Below, in pieces: positions 9,868 to 20,069 of a DNA stretch of 64,000 nt. The DNA comes from Verrucomicrobiota bacterium. Its GTDB lineage: Bacteria; Verrucomicrobiota; Verrucomicrobiia; Limisphaerales; CANJSG01. The stretch spans positions 1 to 64,000 of the forward strand of contig JBBQXJ010000001.1 in the NCBI GenBank assembly GCA_038209745.1, in the 5' to 3' direction. The stretch's first letter is position 1, and each line of letters opens with the position of its first letter. A program made the position numbers and the translations under genes. The notes below the pieces were generated by a model. That model did no database searches. It worked only from the letters and a program-made list of their open reading frames with translations, and was not told where the DNA came from.

Positions 9868-11540
9868 CGACAGAACAGGAGCGCCAGCACCTGGGCCAGC
9901 ACAATCCGCAGCAGCATGGTCAGCGGATAGACCGTGGCGTAGGCGAGCGTCGGGGCGTTGGACTGGTTCATCGACTGGGCATAGGCCAGGGCCGGCGGAT
10001 CGGTCAGGCTGCCGGCGAGAAGGCCGCAGAGGGGGCCGAACTTCATCTTCAACCCCACGCGGCCGATCCACCCCCCCAAAGCCAGCGGGACCATCGTGAT
10101 CACGATCGCGCAGCCGAAGAGCAGGGCCCCGGTGGAGGTCAGCAAATGCTCGAAGAAGCCGCTGCCGGCGTTCAGTCCGACGCAGGCGAGGAAGAGCGTG
10201 ATGCCGAATTCGCCGAAGGCATGGTTGGCGTTTTCCGGCATGTGCCAGACGACGGGGCCGATGCGACCGATCCGGCTGATGACGAGGGCTAAAAGCAAGG
10301 GCCCGCCAGCGAGACCAAGCCGGATCGGCGTCGGCATGTTGAAGGCGTTGATCGGGTAGAGGCCGACGAGCACGCCGAGGGCGATGCCGGCGAACATGGC
10401 GATGAAGTTCGTCTGGTTGAGTTCCTTGCCCGAATTGCCCAGTTCGGCCGAAGCGCGATCAAGGTCGTCGGAGTTGCCGACGATCTGGACCTTGTCGCCG
10501 AAAGCCAGGTGGAGCTTCGGATCGGCGGAAAGCTCGATGTCGGCCCGGGTCACGCGGGTGATGGTCACACCGAAGCGCTGCCTCAGGCTCAACTCGGCCA
10601 GTGTCTTTCCGAGGACCGCCTTGCGGGTGACGACGACCCGCCGAAAGGTGACGGTCCCTGGCCCAGTCGTCAGATCCTCGGGCGATTCCCGGCCCACGAT
10701 GACGCGGAAGCCGGCGAGATCCTTCGGAGCCCCGACCGCCACGATGCTATCGCCCAGCTGCAGAACCGTATCCTCGTGCGCGGCCATCACCGGACCGCCG
10801 GCGGCCGGCTTGTGGCGGGAGACGGAGACCTTCAATCCGTCGAGTCCGGGAACGTCGGCCAGCTTGATGCCCGCGAGGTTGGCGTTCTCCACGACGAGCG
10901 TCATGCGGGCCGGAGCCACTTGACCGGCGGCCTGCTCCTTCTGCCAGGCATCGTTCTCCTCGTCGACCTTCACCCGGAAAAATGCCCGCACGGCCAGCAT
11001 GGTGGCGATGAGTCCAAGAATGCCGGCGGGATAGGCCACGGCATAACCGACGCCGGGCAGCTGCTGACGCGCCTCGGTCATCCCGGGCAGGGTCTTCAGC
11101 GCCTCCTGCACCGCACCGAGCGACGGCGTGTTGGTCGTGGCGCCGGTGAGCACGCCGAGCATGGCGGCCATGTCGATGCCCGTCAGCTTGGCCAGCAGGA
11201 CGGCCAGGAGCGAACCGGTGACGACGATGGTCGCCGCGAGGGCGTTGATCGAGAGGCCGTGCTTCCGCAGCGAGGCGAAGAAGCCCGGTCCGACCTGCAT
11301 GCCGATGGTGTAGACGAAGAGGATCAGCCCCAGCTCGCGGACGAAGTGCAGGATCTCCCCGTCCACGCGGACGCCGAAATGGGCGAAGAGAATGCCGGCG
11401 AACATCACGCCCGCGCCGCCGAGGCCGATGCCCTTCACCTTGAGATTGCCGAGGGCCATTCCGGAGACCGCCACGAGCGACAGCACGAGGATGGCGTGGG
11501 CGACCGCGTTCGATGCGGCCAAAGAGTTGAGAAAATTCAT
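9864..11540 (-). CDS. YidE/YbjL (AspT) family transporter with two TrkA-C domains
   Basis: GLILFVYTIGMQVGPGFF, GATTNTPSLGA, AGGPL, GSLTDPPAL and YATVYPL motifs; central soluble domains. Confidence 0.92.
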   Translation of the reverse strand: MNFLNSLAASNAVAHAILVLSLVAVSGMALGNLKVKGIGLGGAGVMFAGILFAHFGVRVDGEILHFVRELGLILFVYTIGMQVGPGFFASLRKHGLSINALAATIVVTGSLLAVLLAKLTGIDMAAMLGVLTGATTNTPSLGAVQEALKTLPGMTEARQQLPGVGYAVAYPAGILGLIATMLAVRAFFRVKVDEENDAWQKEQAAGQVAPARMTLVVENANLAGIKLADVPGLDGLKVSVSRHKPAAGGPVMAAHEDTVLQLGDSIVAVGAPKDLAGFRVIVGRESPEDLTTGPGTVTFRRVVVTRKAVLGKTLAELSLRQRFGVTITRVTRADIELSADPKLHLAFGDKVQIVGNSDDLDRASAELGNSGKELNQTNFIAMFAGIALGVLVGLYPINAFNMPTPIRLGLAGGPLLLALVISRIGRIGPVVWHMPENANHAFGEFGITLFLACVGLNAGSGFFEHLLTSTGALLFGCAIVITMVPLALGGWIGRVGLKMKFGPLCGLLAGSLTDPPALAYAQSMNQSNAPTLAYATVYPLTMLLRIVLAQVLALLFCR

Positions 11541-11657
11541 CGGCAAGCCCACCGGGACGGGTCCCGGAACGGAATGATGGTTTCAACGGGACCTCGCAGC
11601 GACAAGACGCTTTCGGCCCGGCTTGCGTCAAAACTTGGCGTCGGTAGCGTCCCGGCG

Positions 11658-12464
11658 TTGCGAAAATACGGGCACGTCATCCTCGTCGGCATTCAGAACA
11701 CCCTGGCCTATCGGGTGAATTTCCTCTTTCGCAGCGTGTTCGGCCTGATCCCGCTCATGGCCACGATCCTTCTCTGGCGGAAGATCTACGAGGGGAAGGA
11801 GCCCGGGGCCGATGTCGCCGGCTACAGCCTCGCCGCGATGACCTCCTACTACCTGCTGGTCACGGTGGTCGACGCGTTGACCGCGGTGACGGAGGACGAC
11901 TGGCAGATCGCGACCGACATCAAGGACGGCAACATCAGCCAGTTCCTGCTCAAGCCGATCGACTACCTGCACTACCGCTTCTGCCTGTTCCTCGGCGGGC
12001 GCCTGACCTACACGGTGGTGGCGGTGCTGCCGGTGGGGCTCTTCATCTGGAGCCTGCGGAGCTACTTCGTCCTGCCGGGGGATGCCGCGACGCTGGGGTG
12101 GTTCGCCGTGTCGGTGTTGATGACGGCGATGCTCCAGTTCCTCATGTCCTACACGATGGCGATGCTCGCCTTCTGGGTGCTGGAGATTTCGACCTTCATC
12201 TTCATCGTCTTCGCCTTCGAATACATCGCGGGCGGACATCTTTTCCCGCTGAACATCCTGCCGCCCGCGGTGCAGTCGGTCATGGCGTTCACCCCGTTTC
12301 CCTACCAGCTCTACTTCCCCGTGAGCATCTATCTGGGGCAGACGACGGGCGATGCGATGTTCAAGGGCCTGGTGATCCAGGCCCTCTGGGTGGTGGCCTT
12401 CTACGGGCTGGCGCGGCTGGCCTGGAGCCGTGGCATCCGGAAATACTCGGCGGTGGGAGGCTGA
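11658..12464 (+). CDS. ABC-2 family (DUF990-like) permease
   Basis: LAYRVNF, DIKDGNISQFLLKP and GHLFPL motifs. Probable TTG start at 11658. Confidence 0.85.
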   Translation: MRKYGHVILVGIQNTLAYRVNFLFRSVFGLIPLMATILLWRKIYEGKEPGADVAGYSLAAMTSYYLLVTVVDALTAVTEDDWQIATDIKDGNISQFLLKPIDYLHYRFCLFLGGRLTYTVVAVLPVGLFIWSLRSYFVLPGDAATLGWFAVSVLMTAMLQFLMSYTMAMLAFWVLEISTFIFIVFAFEYIAGGHLFPLNILPPAVQSVMAFTPFPYQLYFPVSIYLGQTTGDAMFKGLVIQALWVVAFYGLARLAWSRGIRKYSAVGG

Positions 12465-12469
12465 TGAAC

Positions 12470-12569
12470 ATGACGAAGCGCCCCCGCCAGAATCCTCAAG
12501 AAGCCCGAAGGCTCCGGGACCGGACCCCGGCCAGTTTCGGTTCGGATTCCGGCCTTCTTGTTTCGTCAT
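12470..12569. repeat. Intergenic imperfect inverted-repeat element
   Basis: atgacgaa (12470) pairs with ttcgtcat (12562-12569); caagaag (12497) pairs with cttcttg (12554-12560). Confidence 0.55.
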
Positions 12570-12582
12570 TGCAGGACCGCGC

Positions 12583-13404
12583 ATGAATCCGCCTTTGCCT
12601 CCCCGGACGATCTCGCGGTACCTGCGCCTCTACGGCGCGCTGTGGCGCAACTCGGTCATCCGCGAGATGGGGTTCAAGACGAACTTCCTGCTCTGGATCG
12701 TGGTCGAAGCGCTGTGGTTCGCGCTGCAGCTCTCGTTCATCCTGGTGATCTACCAGCACACGGACCACATCGCGGACTGGACCCAGTGGCAGGTCGTGCT
12801 GCTGATCGGCGCGAGCCACTTCATCCAACAGTGGTTCCAGGCGTTCTTCCTGAGCAACTGCACCAACCTCTCGGAGCTCATCCGCACCGGGAAGCTCGAC
12901 TTCATGCTGCTTCTGCCGGTCAACACGCGCTTTCTCGTCTCGCTGCGCCAAGTGGATCTGGGGGCCTTCGTCAACGCCGCCTCGGCCGTCGTCGTGATGG
13001 TCTACGCGGGGATGCAGCTGGGACTGAGGCCGACCGCGCTCCCTATCGTTGGTTTCGGGATGCTGTGCGTCTTCTCCGTCCTCATCCACTACTCGCTGAT
13101 GTTCCTGCTGGCGACCATCGCCTTCTGGACCGTCAAGGCGCAGGGCATCGTCTGGGGATACTACAACCTCTTCAACATCTCGCGCCTGCCCGACTCCGCC
13201 TTCAAGCACGGCTGGTTCCGCAGCGTCTTCACCTTCGCTCTGCCCATGCTGCTGGTGGCGAACGTGCCGGTGAAGCTGCTGCTGGAGAAGCTGTCGTCGC
13301 CGTGGGAGATGCTGCTGTTGGTCGGGATGAGCCTCCTGTGTTTCGCCGCTTCGGAGACGCTCTGGCGCTTCAGCCTCAAGCGCTACACGAGCGCCAGTTC
13401 TTGA
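12583..13404 (+). CDS. ABC-2 family (DUF990-like) permease, second subunit
   Basis: IRTGKLDFMLLLPV motif, about six TM segments, C-terminal RYTSASS. Confidence 0.88.
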   Translation: MNPPLPPRTISRYLRLYGALWRNSVIREMGFKTNFLLWIVVEALWFALQLSFILVIYQHTDHIADWTQWQVVLLIGASHFIQQWFQAFFLSNCTNLSELIRTGKLDFMLLLPVNTRFLVSLRQVDLGAFVNAASAVVVMVYAGMQLGLRPTALPIVGFGMLCVFSVLIHYSLMFLLATIAFWTVKAQGIVWGYYNLFNISRLPDSAFKHGWFRSVFTFALPMLLVANVPVKLLLEKLSSPWEMLLLVGMSLLCFAASETLWRFSLKRYTSASS

Positions 13405-13461
13405 AGCGGTCGCCGACTCGATGCGGTGGGGCGTGGCGCACTTGGTTCCCGCCTCATGGGA

Positions 13462-14694
13462 CTACAATCGATCAACCGGAACGGTCGTCTCTTCTCGCGT
13501 CGCCAGATCCTTCACCTTGGCGAAAACTCCTTCCGGCGTGCCCACGAGTCGCAGGGTTTGGCGGCTGCCGAGCTCCATCGCCCGCTTGAACTGTTTGTCT
13601 CCCTTCGAAGGCGTCATCGGATATTCCACGGCCTTGCCGGCTTCGCGCAGCTTCTGCACGACACCCAATGACCGGGCCCGCAGCGTTTCGTCTTCGATCA
13701 TCACGAAGGTGTCGATGTTGGCGGTGAACTTCGGCAGCAATCCCCGCGACTTCAGCAACTCCAGCAGGACGACGTCGCCCATGCCGAAGCCGAGCGCGGG
13801 CAGATCGACTTTCCCGCCGCTGAGGAGCTTCACGAGGTTGTTGTAGCGGCCGCCGCCGGCGATGGCGCGGAACTCGCCCTTGCAGTCGAAGGCCTCGAAG
13901 ACGGCGCCGGTGTAGTAGGCGAGGCCGCGGATGACCTGGTAGTCGACCTTCACGAAGTCGCCGAGCCCTCGCGCCGCGAGGTTGTCCAGGATGGCTCGCA
14001 GTTCCGTGGTCGGTTCCGCGGCGGCGATGAAGGCCGTCACGTCGACGGCCTGGACGCCCACGGCGGCCAGCTTCTCGGCCGTCACCTCGGGCTTCTCGCG
14101 CTCCATCTTGTCGATGATCTGGTAGAAGTCATACGCCTTGTCGACGGCGCCGCCGCGCTGTTCGAAGAACTGCTGCCAGGCATTGCGGCTGCTGAGACGG
14201 ATGACGAAATCCTCGGCGGCCAGTCCGAGCGCGCGGAGGGTGTCGATGAGCAGCGCGATCAGCTCGGCCTCGGCGGCGGGATCGTTCTCGCCGAAGACGT
14301 CGGCGTTGAACTGGAAGTGTTCACGGAGCCGGCCTTTCTGCTGCTTCTCGTAGCGGAAGAGCTGGGGGATCGCGAACCACTTGATGGGCTTCTTGTAGTT
14401 GCGTTCGTTGGCCGCGATCATCCGGGCCAAAGTGGGGGTCATCTCCGGGCGGAGCGCGACGGAACGGTCGCCCTTGTCGACGAAGTTGTAGAGCTGGCCG
14501 ACGATTTCCGCGCCGCTCTTGGCGGTGAACAGATCCAGCGGCTCCAGGGGCGGGCCGTCGTATTCGCGGAAGCCGTAGCGGCGGGCGGTGTTGCGCCACG
14601 CCTCGAAGATGTGCTGGCGGGCGTCGGCGCTCCAGGCGTCGGGACTGGGCAGGGGCTCGGGATAGAAATCGCGGAATCCGGGGAGACGTTCCAT
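13462..14694 (-). CDS. hisS: Histidine--tRNA ligase
   Basis: LPGFRDF, LRPEMT, FRYEKQQKGRLREHFQ, RGLAYYTG and GGGRY motifs. Confidence 0.96.
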   Translation of the reverse strand: MERLPGFRDFYPEPLPSPDAWSADARQHIFEAWRNTARRYGFREYDGPPLEPLDLFTAKSGAEIVGQLYNFVDKGDRSVALRPEMTPTLARMIAANERNYKKPIKWFAIPQLFRYEKQQKGRLREHFQFNADVFGENDPAAEAELIALLIDTLRALGLAAEDFVIRLSSRNAWQQFFEQRGGAVDKAYDFYQIIDKMEREKPEVTAEKLAAVGVQAVDVTAFIAAAEPTTELRAILDNLAARGLGDFVKVDYQVIRGLAYYTGAVFEAFDCKGEFRAIAGGGRYNNLVKLLSGGKVDLPALGFGMGDVVLLELLKSRGLLPKFTANIDTFVMIEDETLRARSLGVVQKLREAGKAVEYPMTPSKGDKQFKRAMELGSRQTLRLVGTPEGVFAKVKDLATREETTVPVDRL

Positions 14695-14732
14695 AAACAA
14701 AAAAGGGCGCCCACCTTGTGAGGGAGCGCCCT
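14695..14732 (-). terminator. Intrinsic terminator after the HU gene
   Basis: Minus strand agggcgc...gcgccct stem followed by tttttgttt. Confidence 0.75.
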
Positions 14733-14749
14733 GGCTATCGAGAGAAATG

Positions 14750-15043
14750 TTATTTGTCGGGGGACAGGTCGAGCACGAGCTCGCGCATTTCTTTGCCGGG
14801 TTTGAACTTCACCACGGCACGTTCCGGGATGGGCACATCGGTCTCCGGTTTGTTGGGGTTTCGGCCGATGCGCGCCTTGCGCACCTTGACCTCGAAAACG
14901 CCGAAGTTTCGCAACTCGACGGTCTCGCCTTTGGCCACGGCTTCGGAGATGTAATCCAGCGTCTTCTGAACGACTTCCAGGACCTGCTGTTGAATGAGTC
15001 CAGTTTCGTTTGAAATCCGGACCACGAGATCGCGCTTTGTCAT
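14750..15043 (-). CDS. HU/IHF family DNA-binding protein
   Basis: MTKRDLV...VELRNFGVF...RIGRNP...VKFKPGK. Confidence 0.95.
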   Translation of the reverse strand: MTKRDLVVRISNETGLIQQQVLEVVQKTLDYISEAVAKGETVELRNFGVFEVKVRKARIGRNPNKPETDVPIPERAVVKFKPGKEMRELVLDLSPDK

Positions 15044-15096
15044 AGGCTTTCGGGGAAATGGGCGGCACCTGCCGTTCTTTGAACTGTGTGTAAACC

Positions 15097-15124
15097 CATA
15101 TATCAGCGAACTTTGCGGGGTCAA
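15097..15124 (-). promoter_or_regulatory. Candidate sigma70 promoter of the HU gene
   Basis: Minus strand TTGACC-N16-TATATG upstream of the start codon. Confidence 0.4.
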
Positions 15125-15163
15125 GCGGCCTTTTGGCTAAAAACCTTCTTCTGATCGCGCGGG

Positions 15164-16390
<1,227 letters not shown>

Positions 16391-16394
16391 GGGG

Positions 16395-16874
16395 TCAACG
16401 TTCTTCCAGCAGACAGGTCGTCATCGAGCCTTTGCCTTTTACTTCGATCTGTCCGCGGGGGGAGAGCCTGAACCCGCCGCGGAGACGGTTGTAGGTCGAA
16501 TCGGAGACCTGGATCTGGCCGGGGCTGCCGTGCGACTCCATGCGACTGGCGGTGTTGACCATGTCGCCCCAGAGATCATAGGCGAACTTCTTGGTGCCGA
16601 TGATGCCAGCGTTGGTCGTGTCGAGGATCAGAAGGAGGTGGCGGGCGGCTTCGGCGAAGCGGGCCATCTCTTCGGGCACGCTCGCTCCCGCCGAGGCCGA
16701 GAACGCGGCCGAGCAACGGAGCATTTCTTCAACGGGAACCCGAACCTGCTCCCGCAGCACTCCGAGAACCCGCTCCCGTGTGGCGTTGAGTTCCGCGGCG
16801 GACGACGCGATGCGGGCGATCAGTTCCTGCCCGGAGGCGGGTCGCATTGAGAGGTCGGGACGCGGGGAACTCAT
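16395..16874 (-). pseudogene. Internally deleted class III adenylate/guanylate cyclase remnant
   Basis: Only the C-terminal part (AGIIGTKKFAYDLWGDMVNTASRMES...VKGKG) is present. The N-terminal metal-binding Asp and GD motifs are absent. Confidence 0.7.
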
Positions 16875-17000
16875 TTTGAGATGGCCAAGGTCACTGAAAC
16901 CGAAGGAACCACATCCTCCATGGCGGGGCAATGCCCTGTCCGCAGCGCCTTTGCAGACCATTCCCGCAGCCGGAATGCCGGGCAAACCGGGAGGGGTGGC

Positions 17001-18866
17001 TCACTGCGTCGTCGCCAGCCAGTAGCGCACGGCGGTGGCGGCGGGGTTCTTCGGCTCCAGCTCCAAGAAGCGCTGGTAGTGGACGCGCGCCTGGGGGGCG
17101 TTCATCAGCTTCTGGGCGTAGATCGTGCCGAGCAACAGATGGGCGCGGGCATCCGTCTCCTTGATCGCCACGGCCTCACGGGCCTGGGCGACGGCGTCTT
17201 CCGGATAACCGGCGATGTCGAGGAGCTGCGCCAATTGGTAGCGTGCGTCGTCCGCTTTTGGCTGGAGCGCGACGGCGTATTCCGCTTCGCGCAGGGCGTC
17301 GGGAATCTGCCGCAGGGTCTGGTAGCAGAGGGATAGGTTGAAGTGCGCCTCGTAGAAGGCCGGATCCAGCGCGACCGCCTTTTCGTAGTCTCCCACGGCC
17401 GCGCTCTCCCGCTGGATGCGGTGGGCTTCGAGGCCGGAGTCGAAATGGCTCTGCGCCTTCGCCCGGTCGCCGGGACCGGGCGCCGTGCTCACCCGATAGG
17501 GATAGCGCGGATACTGGGGCGCGGGCTGCGGCTCGACCTCGGTGCGAGCCGGCTCCAAGGTTCGTTGGGTGGCTGCGGACAGGACGGGGGTTCCCTGCGG
17601 CTTGGGTTGTGGCTTCGGCCTGGGCTTCTCGCCGTCGTTTCCGAACCAGCCGACGGGGTTCATGCGTGCGAAGAAGCCCTTCTTCTCCGTCTTCGCGCTG
17701 GCGTTTCCGGAAGGAACGTTGGTCAGTCCCGCGAGGTTGTAGTCGGGGCGGGCATTGGTGGGAGCGACCACGACTTCAGGAGGCGCGACGCTCTTGACGG
17801 GCTCCTTCACCGAGGGGCGGATCGCGGGGGCTTCCTCCACTTTCGTCACGGGAACCGTCGCGACTTCGGTTCGGATCGGCAGCGTTGCCTTCGGGGCAGG
17901 GGCGGCCGCAGTGTCAATGACGGGTGCGCGAAAAGCGTTTGTTTTCGCGGGCGCGGGCTCCGGCCGGGCGACGGCGACGGTCGCTTGGGGAGGCGGATTC
18001 GTCGGAAGTTGGACCGCGCGGACCGCCGGATTCGTCACGGCGGGCGGCGGAACGATCGTGGGCGCGGCGACCACGATCGGGGCCGGATTCAACTCCGCGT
18101 CGAGCGCCGCTACGGTCGCCTGGATCGCGGCCGAGTCTTCGGCGTGGGGCGCCATGGCCAAGTAGCCGCGATAGCCGGCGAGCGCGGAGCGGCGGTCGCC
18201 GAGCTGCTGATACACCACGGCCAGGTTCAGAACGGCGGGCGGATAGGTCGGATCGGCCTGCACGGCGGCGGAGAAGAGGGGTGCGGCTTCGCGGGGGCGG
18301 CCCCGGAGGAAGGAAACCTGTCCGAGCAGGTTCAGCTTCTCGGCGCCGGGAGGGGCGTATTCGAGGTTGCTCCGGGCGGCTTCGAGCAATCGGCCGCGCT
18401 CATTGGCGGGCAACTGGGCGGCGGCGCGCACCTGGGCCTGGCCGAGGCGGAGCCAAGCCTCGGGGAGGTCGGCCTTGAGCGTGCAGTAGGTGGTGAAGGC
18501 GTCGGCCGCGGCGAGGTTGTTGCCCGTCTCCAGATAGAGGTAGCCGAGATTGAGGCGGGCGGCGGCGAGATTGCGGTCGAGCAGCAACGCCTTCTGGTAG
18601 GCCTGCTCCGCCTTGCGCGACTGGCCCTGGCGATGATAGGCGAGACCCAGATGGTTCCAGGCCTGGGCGTTGGTCTCCAGATCGTGGTAGCGGATGGCCT
18701 TCTCGAACTGGGCGACGGCGGCGTCGACCTTGCCGGCCTTCAGCAGGGCGTCGCCTTTCAACAGCGCGGCGGGTCCGGGTGGACGGCAGCCGGTGCCGAG
18801 GAGCGCCGCGGCGACGAGGACGCCCAAAGAGGGGGTCCACCGGGCTGGGCGATTTGGCTTCTGCAT
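17001..18866 (-). CDS. Tetratricopeptide-repeat lipoprotein
   Basis: Lipobox LGTGC; TPRs such as AWNHLGLAY and AHFNLSLCY in two clusters separated by a Pro/Thr/Ala-rich linker. Confidence 0.88.
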   Translation of the reverse strand: MQKPNRPARWTPSLGVLVAAALLGTGCRPPGPAALLKGDALLKAGKVDAAVAQFEKAIRYHDLETNAQAWNHLGLAYHRQGQSRKAEQAYQKALLLDRNLAAARLNLGYLYLETGNNLAAADAFTTYCTLKADLPEAWLRLGQAQVRAAAQLPANERGRLLEAARSNLEYAPPGAEKLNLLGQVSFLRGRPREAAPLFSAAVQADPTYPPAVLNLAVVYQQLGDRRSALAGYRGYLAMAPHAEDSAAIQATVAALDAELNPAPIVVAAPTIVPPPAVTNPAVRAVQLPTNPPPQATVAVARPEPAPAKTNAFRAPVIDTAAAPAPKATLPIRTEVATVPVTKVEEAPAIRPSVKEPVKSVAPPEVVVAPTNARPDYNLAGLTNVPSGNASAKTEKKGFFARMNPVGWFGNDGEKPRPKPQPKPQGTPVLSAATQRTLEPARTEVEPQPAPQYPRYPYRVSTAPGPGDRAKAQSHFDSGLEAHRIQRESAAVGDYEKAVALDPAFYEAHFNLSLCYQTLRQIPDALREAEYAVALQPKADDARYQLAQLLDIAGYPEDAVAQAREAVAIKETDARAHLLLGTIYAQKLMNAPQARVHYQRFLELEPKNPAATAVRYWLATTQ

Positions 18867-18973
18867 GGTGCCGAGCGTCTACTCCGCGACGCGGGAGTGT
18901 CAAATTTCCATCTCTCCATCCCGACGAATGTTGATCGGTCCGGATCGCGCCGCCGCGCTTCTGGAAATCGCCG

Positions 18974-19960
18974 TCAAGCGGCCGATGTCCCGGGTGGAGC
19001 AAGCGGCAGTTCCGTGGTCGGACGAACCAGGCGCGACCACAGCCAATCGCTCGTGTCCCGAAGCACGCGGCGGGAGGCGAGAATGCTGAGGTGGCCCTGC
19101 GCGACGACCCGGCGCTCCGGCCGCCCCCAGACTTCCCAGAGTTCGTCCAGCGAGGGCCGGGGGATGAAGAGGTCGTGCTCTCCCACCAATAGAAGCACCC
19201 GTTCCAAAGGCATCCGCGGCCGGTGCGAGGCGAGGTTCAGCCGCGACAGATCCATGGGTTCGCGGGCGAGACTGCGCCGCAGAGGACGACAGAAGGGAAG
19301 CTGCGCCATCGTGGTGGCGACGTCGCTCAGCGGCGTGGAGAGCACGGCGGTGTCCACCCGCGAGTCGTGACAAGCCAGCAGGCCGGCCAACCAGGCCCCC
19401 AGCGAATAGCCCCAGATGGCGATGCGGTTCGTCCCCTGTTCTTCGAGCCAACCGAAGAGCGCCCGATGATCCGCCAGCGCCTGATGCGTGGCGGCGACCA
19501 TCGCGGCCAAGTCGCCCGAGATGAAGTCGCGCAGTTCCGGCGGTGCGCCGGGCCGGCGATGGAGATGATACGGCAGCTCCAACATGGCGACGTTCAGACC
19601 GGTGGCCGCGAGGCGCCGCGCCAGCGCAGGTTGCCGCCAGAGGTAGCCGGGCTCGTCGTTCCAGCCATGCATCAGCACGACGGTCGGACGGTCTTTCAGG
19701 CTGGAGCCGGCCCGAAAGAGCCTCCCGTGGACGAGGCGGTTGCGGGGTGGACCGATGTCGCATGGTGAGGCGAAGGTGAAATCATGTTCCCCGGAGAACT
19801 CCAGCTTCGCCGCCGGCGCATCGGGGGTGAAGAAGTCGGGCCGCGCCAGCCATTCGGCCGCCTCCCGGGAGCGGGCCGGGCGATCCGCCGACTCCGCATG
19901 CGTCAGCCCGGCCAGCGAAATGACGAACCGGTCGATGAGATGGGCGAGGATCTGGTTCAC
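18974..19960 (-). CDS. Alpha/beta hydrolase
   Basis: LMHGW, nucleophile elbow GYSLG, HD and GH motifs. Probable GTG start at 19960. Confidence 0.85.
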   Translation of the reverse strand: MNQILAHLIDRFVISLAGLTHAESADRPARSREAAEWLARPDFFTPDAPAAKLEFSGEHDFTFASPCDIGPPRNRLVHGRLFRAGSSLKDRPTVVLMHGWNDEPGYLWRQPALARRLAATGLNVAMLELPYHLHRRPGAPPELRDFISGDLAAMVAATHQALADHRALFGWLEEQGTNRIAIWGYSLGAWLAGLLACHDSRVDTAVLSTPLSDVATTMAQLPFCRPLRRSLAREPMDLSRLNLASHRPRMPLERVLLLVGEHDLFIPRPSLDELWEVWGRPERRVVAQGHLSILASRRVLRDTSDWLWSRLVRPTTELPLAPPGTSAA

Positions 19961-20069
19961 TATGAAAGTTGATTGAAGGTGTGGGAGCCTGGACGCGACG
20001 GCAAGGAGTGCTCGTTTCCGGAACATCCGGTTGACGCGACCTCCCGGAGGCCGCTTTGCTCTGCGCCCT

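Noticed and set aside
10509..11657. Long N-terminal extension of the first ABC-2 permease in the ORF track
   Set aside because: It overlaps the AspT gene on the other strand; permease homology begins near 11658.
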